In this document: positions 58,706 to 64,000 of the stretch, piece after piece
How the letters are laid out: each line of letters starts with the position of its first letter
Position numbering within the stretch: the stretch's first letter is position 1
Origin: Octopus bimaculoides
Taxonomy: Eukaryota
DNA length: 64,000 nucleotides
Reading direction: 5' to 3'
NCBI RefSeq assembly: GCF_001194135.2
Contig: NC_068994.1
Location: 12,203,930 to 12,267,929 of the forward strand
Notes under the pieces: generated by a model
Told to the model about the DNA's origin: nothing
Databases searched by the model: none
Seen by the model: only the letters and a program-made list of their open reading frames with translations
Translations under genes and position numbers: made by a program

Positions 58706-60643
58706 ATGGTGAAGGATATCAAAAATAATATGTTTATTTTCCAACTTTTATTGCTTGGGTTTGTTCTTGTATCTGAAGTTGTTGCGGACAATTCTTCACT
58801 CGACATTCATTCCTTTTCTGTCATAAGTGACGTCAAGTTTCGCTATGCAACCACAAGACTGGAAACTGTATTCAAGAACACACGTAAATCTGCAGCGTTG
58901 GCCATATTTCACGTCAACATTCCAGAAAATGCATTTGTTTCAAATTTTACCATGGCGGTTAATGGTTCTGTATTCGTGGGAGAAGTTCTAGAGAAAAAGG
59001 AAGCCAGGGAAATTTACAACAAAGCTGCGCAAAGAGGTGAGACAGCAGCTTACGTCGGCACTGAACATAGGTACTCAAACACATTCCATGTGATGGTCAG
59101 TGTAGAGGCACAGCAAACAGCTGTGTTCACACTCACATACCAAGAGCTATTACAAAGGTCATTCGGGAAATACAGACATGTTATTCATTTAACCAACGAA
59201 CAAATCATTGAGAACTTTAAAATAGAAGTCTTTATATCAGATCTTCAAGGCATTGAACTTAAGCAAGTGAGTCTTGAGAAAAATGATATTGAAACAAGTA
59301 GGGAGACGAAACAAGTAGGGAGCGTAGACTACATAAGCAATAAACAACTTTATATAAACTATGAACCCAGTGTGTCTGACCAGAAGGCCTTCTCTTCTCA
59401 GGGAATCACAGGACTGTTTGAAGTAAACTATGATGTTGACTGGAAAGTATCTTCAAACATGGTTTATGCTATCGATGGATACTTTGTACATTTTTATGCT
59501 CCTGATTCTTTCCCCTCACTTCAGAAGAAGATAGTTTTCATATTAGATGTGAGTGGTTCAATGAATGGCCATAAAATAAAACAAATGAAAAATGCAATGA
59601 AAGGTATCCTTCATTCTTTGAAACAAGCTCTGGACACATTCATGATTGGAATATTTAGTGAAAGCACCAAATGGATGACTGATGGTTTTTTGCCAGCAAG
59701 TAAGGAGAATATTGATGTTGCTTTAAACTATATTGATAAATTAGCAGCAGATGGAGGAACAAACATTAATGAAGCTCTTCTTACTAGCCTGAATAAATTT
59801 GATAATCAGAAGTCCAGTGAGACTAAAAATTTAGTCTTTTTCCTGACTGATGGCCAACCAACTAATGGTGTCAGCAACTTGAATAGTATTATGAAAAATG
59901 TGAAAGAAGCCAATAGTGACACTTCTACTTCTATTTTCACATTGGGCTTTGGTGAAGGTAGTGACATGGATTTCTTGAAACAACTTGCTGGTGAAAATGG
60001 TGGATTTAGTCGTAAGATTTATGTAGCAGCTGACAGTCGAATGCAAATCTTAAACTTATATTCAGAAATTTCTCGCATCCTTTTGAAAAACATTGATATA
60101 GTTTACCTAGATGATGCTATCAATCGTACAACCTTAACAAAAAATTCATTTAGCTATTACTTCAAAGGATCAGAGATAGTTATTGCTGGTACCACATCAG
60201 AACAATTGAAAGAAGACATAAGCATTTTGCTCACAATGGACACTTCTTCTGGTTTGAAATCTGAAAAAGTAAAGCTGCCTGTTGAAAATCTTGATGATGA
60301 ATTTCCATTAGGTCTTGAATCCATTCCACAGAATCCCAGACTGACTACACTTCAGTCTCTTCATACTATAACTCGCAACACATGGGTCCAGCTCACTTTA
60401 AAGAGGCTATTAAATTTAGAAAGAACTCCAGAAGTTCAAAAACGGATAATCACAATAGCACTCAAATATGGCTTTGTTACGCCTCTGACTTCAATGGTGG
60501 TTGTACAAAACAGGGAAATGAAAATGGTTAGGGAAGCTTACCATCGACGTACTTATGCTCTTAAGGCAAGTCATGCACTTGCATGTGGAAATACCTGCTG
60601 CTTTTCCTTTTACCTACTGTTGGTTATCGGTTGCCTCCAAATG
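58706..60643 (+). CDS. Inter-alpha-trypsin inhibitor heavy chain-like protein (signal peptide, VIT, vWA with intact MIDAS), main coding exon, 646 codons
   Basis: Long ORF; ATG at 58706 (alternative 58730); hydrophobic signal FIFQLLLLGFVLVSEVVA; VIT-like DVKFRYATT...IPENAFVSNFTM...TFHVMVSVEA...FTLTYQELL; DGYFVHFYAP; MIDAS DVSGS...GGTNI...FLTDG; KYGFVTPLTSMVVV; donor ATG|gtaaga at 60644. Specific ITIH orthology cannot be assigned. Confidence 0.92.
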
Positions 60644-60664
60644 GTAAGAATTACTTATTATTAT

Positions 60665-61081
60665 TATACTCTTTACTCTTACTCTCTCTTTTACTTGTTT
60701 CAGTCATTTGACTGCGGCCATGCTGGAGCACCGCCTTTAGTCGAGCAAATCGACCCCAGGACTTATTCTTTGGAAGCCTTGTATTTATTCTATCGGTCTC
60801 TTTTGCCGAACCACTAAGTTACAGGGACGTAAACACACCAGCATCGGTTATCAAGCGATGGTGGGGGGACAAACACAGACACACAAACACACATATATAT
60901 ATATATACATACATATACGATGGGCTTCTTTCAGTTTCCATCTACCAAATCCACTCACAAGGCTTTGGTTGACCCGAGGCTATAGTAGAAGACACTTGTC
61001 CAAGGTGCCACACAGTGGGACTGAACCCGGAACCATGTGATTGGTAAACAAGCTACTTACCACACAGCCACTCCTGCGCCT
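60665..61081 (-). mobile_element. SINE family C copy filling most of the last intron of the ITIH-like gene
   Basis: Full-length match to 8832-9251; it provides the apparent C-terminal ~45 codons and the TAA of the ORF-track call 58688-60817. Confidence 0.88.
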
Positions 61082-61205
61082 ATATTATCATTATTTATTG
61101 TTCAACATTAAAGTAGTTACTGAATATCTCTCTTTGAGAGATTTCTGCGAAAAGAAACAGTAACATTCTTAGTTTTTTTTTTTCTTTCTTTCTCTTTCTT
61201 TTCAG

Positions 61206-61223
61206 TATTTTCATAATTGGTAG
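61206..61223 (+). CDS. Probable terminal coding micro-exon of the ITIH-like gene (YFHNW*)
   Basis: About 30-nt pure pyrimidine tract (61172-61203) plus CAG, TAAC branch-like site at 61161; TAT TTT CAT AAT TGG TAG in phase 0, matching the 60644 donor. Confidence 0.65.
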   Translation, partial: YFHNW

Positions 61224-63230
61224 AAAATCTTGTCTGCACTTGACATCAAGGAAATTCTGTTGAAGAGAATTCATGAAGAAAATTCTGATATTTGCTTCAA
61301 TGACACTCATAAAGTTTTGAAACAAGCTCCAACAGCAACATTTGGTAACAACTGTATCACCACAAATGATTTTAAGGAAGCTAAATAGTGGACACTATAC
61401 AATATGAGAAAAATCTAGTAAGAATACAAAATAGAGGTAGATATCTGAATTATATGATAAAGATATTGCATATGTGTGTGTGTGTCATTTTAACAGAATA
61501 TGATGGATATGCATAATGATGAATGGAATGCTATTAAGTTTTTTTTTTTAAATGTTAGAGGATATAATGTCAAAGGTAGCCTATAGAAAGAGGAGGGGAA
61601 AAGGAAAGAAAAATATCAGAAACCAAATAAATGAGGAAGGGAGGTAATCCTTATTTAAACCCCTTTTTTCATTCTAAAGGTAAATCAATATCTTTTAAAG
61701 ATAGTTACACTAAAAATAAGGCAACTAATAGTAAAACTATTTGGTTGATTATTCCTTATGGGAGGCAAATTAAATCTAATCTTCCTTTTCAGTTTTGGGA
61801 AGCTATTATTAGGAATTTTCCAAATTCTTTTTTCTAAAAATCCCCTTGTAAACACGCTTAAAGAGCATGCTTACTGATGTAAATATTGGCAGAAACACAC
61901 CTTTAGTTCATATAAGTGATATCTACCATTATATATAATTTAAACTTTGATTTTCTTCTTACATTTCACTTCCACTAGATATATCTTGTTCTAAGACTTT
62001 AGGGTTTAATTTAATTTACATATCGTTCTATACTTCTCATTTATTTGGTTTCTGATTTTTTCTTTCTTTTACCCCTCCTACTTTTGACGTTATATCCTCT
62101 AATGTTTTTTAAAAAAAAATCTTAATAATGTTCCATTCATCATGATACATATCCATCATATTCTGTTAAAATGTGTTATTGATGAGTTTTATTTCTTCAT
62201 TTCCCTGAAGAGAGGATTACATTGTTTTACACCATTTTATTCCTTTGGAATAATACCAATGATATCTTTGAAACATGTGTCGGAAGTAAAAGAATTTATT
62301 TATATATATATGTTTTGCATATTTTAATTCTACATAGAAAGTTTAATATTTGTGGTCACAAATAAACGCCATTTTGTCACATGATACACATTGTATAAAT
62401 TCTATGCCTCATGGGTAATACTACAGTCAACAAAGAATCTTCGATAAGATAAGTGATGTTGTTCTTTTTATTAATACTGTTGACCATCCGAATTCATTTA
62501 ATAGTTAATAACACTATCTTTTTATGTTTTCCTATTCTTAATCTCCAGAAAGTATTTCTTCATTATACGATATATGCCTTTAACTTGACAGATGATCATT
62601 ATTATAAAACCTTGACACTTTATATATTGTACTAATAATTGCTTAAACGTACAGATATTTCTACTTTTTCCTATTTTATTTTATTGCATTTCTATATATT
62701 AGGATACGTTTTTTTGAAATTATAAGACCTGAAGTGTGCCCTCATTCTGAGTGGAACTTATCTTTATCGATTTATTGTAAATTGCCCAGATCTTTTCCAC
62801 TTTTATGTGGCCATGAAACACGCGTAGTCTATTATTCACTTTCGTTTTTATAAATTTAATAAACTGAATTAAATTTTTAATCTAATATTTTATAGATTTT
62901 ATGGATTATAAATTTTCTTTTGGATTTTTGAGTTTTATAAATTAGTATTTTGAAGAGTACGCTTTTCTTGGTGGTGTCTGTTCTCCTTCATTGTTTGAGT
63001 TGCATCTTGGTGGTTCTTCTCTATATTATCAATATATTTTTCATTATATAATTCAATTTGATATTATTAAATTGAATATCCTTGTAAGTTCAGATTTTGA
63101 CATTCCCTAACATTATAATATAGATAGATAGATAGATAGATACACCCGTGTGTATGTATGTATGTATGTATATATATACAGTAGTACCCCGGTTTTCGTA
63201 CAACTCTGATAACAAATAAATCGTGCTTTG

Positions 63231-63287
<57 letters not shown>

Positions 63288-64000
63288 NNNNNNNNNNNNN
63301 NNNNNNNNNNNNNNNNNNNNNNNNNNNNNNNNNNNNNNNNNNNNNNNNNNNNNNNNNNNNNNNNNNNNNNNNNNNNNNNNNNNNNNNNNNNNNNNNNNNN
63401 NNNNNNNNNNNNNNNNNNNNNNNNNNNNNNNNNNNNNNNNNNNNNNNNNNNNNNNNNNNNNNNNNNNNNNNNNNNNNNNNNNNNNNNNNNNNNNNNNNNN
63501 NNNNNNNNNNNNNNNNNNNNNNNNNNNNNNNNNNNNNNNNNNNNNNNNNNNNNNNNNNNNNNNNNNNNNNNNNNNNNNNNNNNNNNNNNNNNNNNNNNNN
63601 NNNNNNNNNNNNNNNNNNNNNNNNNNNNNNNNNNNNNNNNNNNNNNNNNNNNNNNNNNNNNNNNNNNNNNNNNNNNNNNNNNNNNNNNNNNNNNNNNNNN
63701 NNNNNNNNNNNNNNNNNNNNNNNNNNNNNNNNNNNNNNNNNNNNNNNNNNNNNNNNNNNNNNNNNNNNNNNNNNNNNNNNNNNNNNNNNNNNNNNNNNNN
63801 NNNNNNNNNNNNNNNNNNNNNNNNNNNNNNNNNNNNNNNNNNNNNNNNNNNNNNNNNNNNNNNNNNNNNNNNNNNNNNNNNNNNNNNNNNNNNNNNNNNN
63901 NNNATATATAATTATTACAAATTAAAAGGGTAAAGGATTATCAATTTATTAATTAATAAATCAATTAACAATTAACAATTTTTACCAAGCCCATCGGTAT

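Noticed and set aside
60644-60817. ORF-track C-terminus ...LFQSFDCGHAGAPPLVEQIDPRTYS as the native protein end
   Set aside because: The same peptide appears in ORFs over other SINE-C copies (52785, 57486); it is SINE sequence beyond a strong donor. Kept only as a possible retained-intron isoform.
1004-63933. Many ORF-track entries rich in YI, CV, HT, RE or SL dipeptides, or long X runs
   Set aside because: They are translations of TA, TG, CA and CT microsatellites or of N-gaps, with no coding signal.

Overview
This is AT-rich, microsatellite- and SINE-dense eukaryotic DNA with 13 N-gaps. The repeat landscape looks like a coleoid cephalopod, probably Octopus (inference, not verified). Reading splice sites by hand gives four spliced protein-coding genes. 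(1) NUP155, + strand: the last 14 coding exons (956-14747, 575 aa); the 5' part is outside the window. (2) MESD, + strand: complete, 5 exons, 191 aa; its ER-retrieval signal KTEL sits on an 18-nt terminal coding exon the ORF track misses. (3) LACTB, - strand: complete mitochondrial serine beta-lactamase-like protein. Its terminal exon, which encodes about a third of the protein including the HTG active-site motif, is present as two intact, diverged tandem copies (35350-35926 and 32486-33038), each with its own splice acceptor. It also has a triple poly-Asn loop. (4) An ITIH-like VIT+vWA gene, + strand: one 1.94-kb coding exon plus a probable 18-nt terminal exon. It lacks the vertebrate DPHF/C-terminal domain and ends in a GPI-signal-like tail. 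The introns hold at least five SINE-like families, piggyBac- and hAT-type MITEs with TSDs, Tc1/mariner fossils (one with DD36E spacing), a long foldback inverted repeat, a candidate solo LTR and a decayed Penelope-type hammerhead motif. The strongest lead is the LACTB duplicated last exon, which could give alternative catalytic C-terminal halves. Exon calls rest on GT/AG signals, phase continuity and recalled similarity to human orthologues; no database search was run. No CRISPR, rRNA or true tRNA genes are supported.
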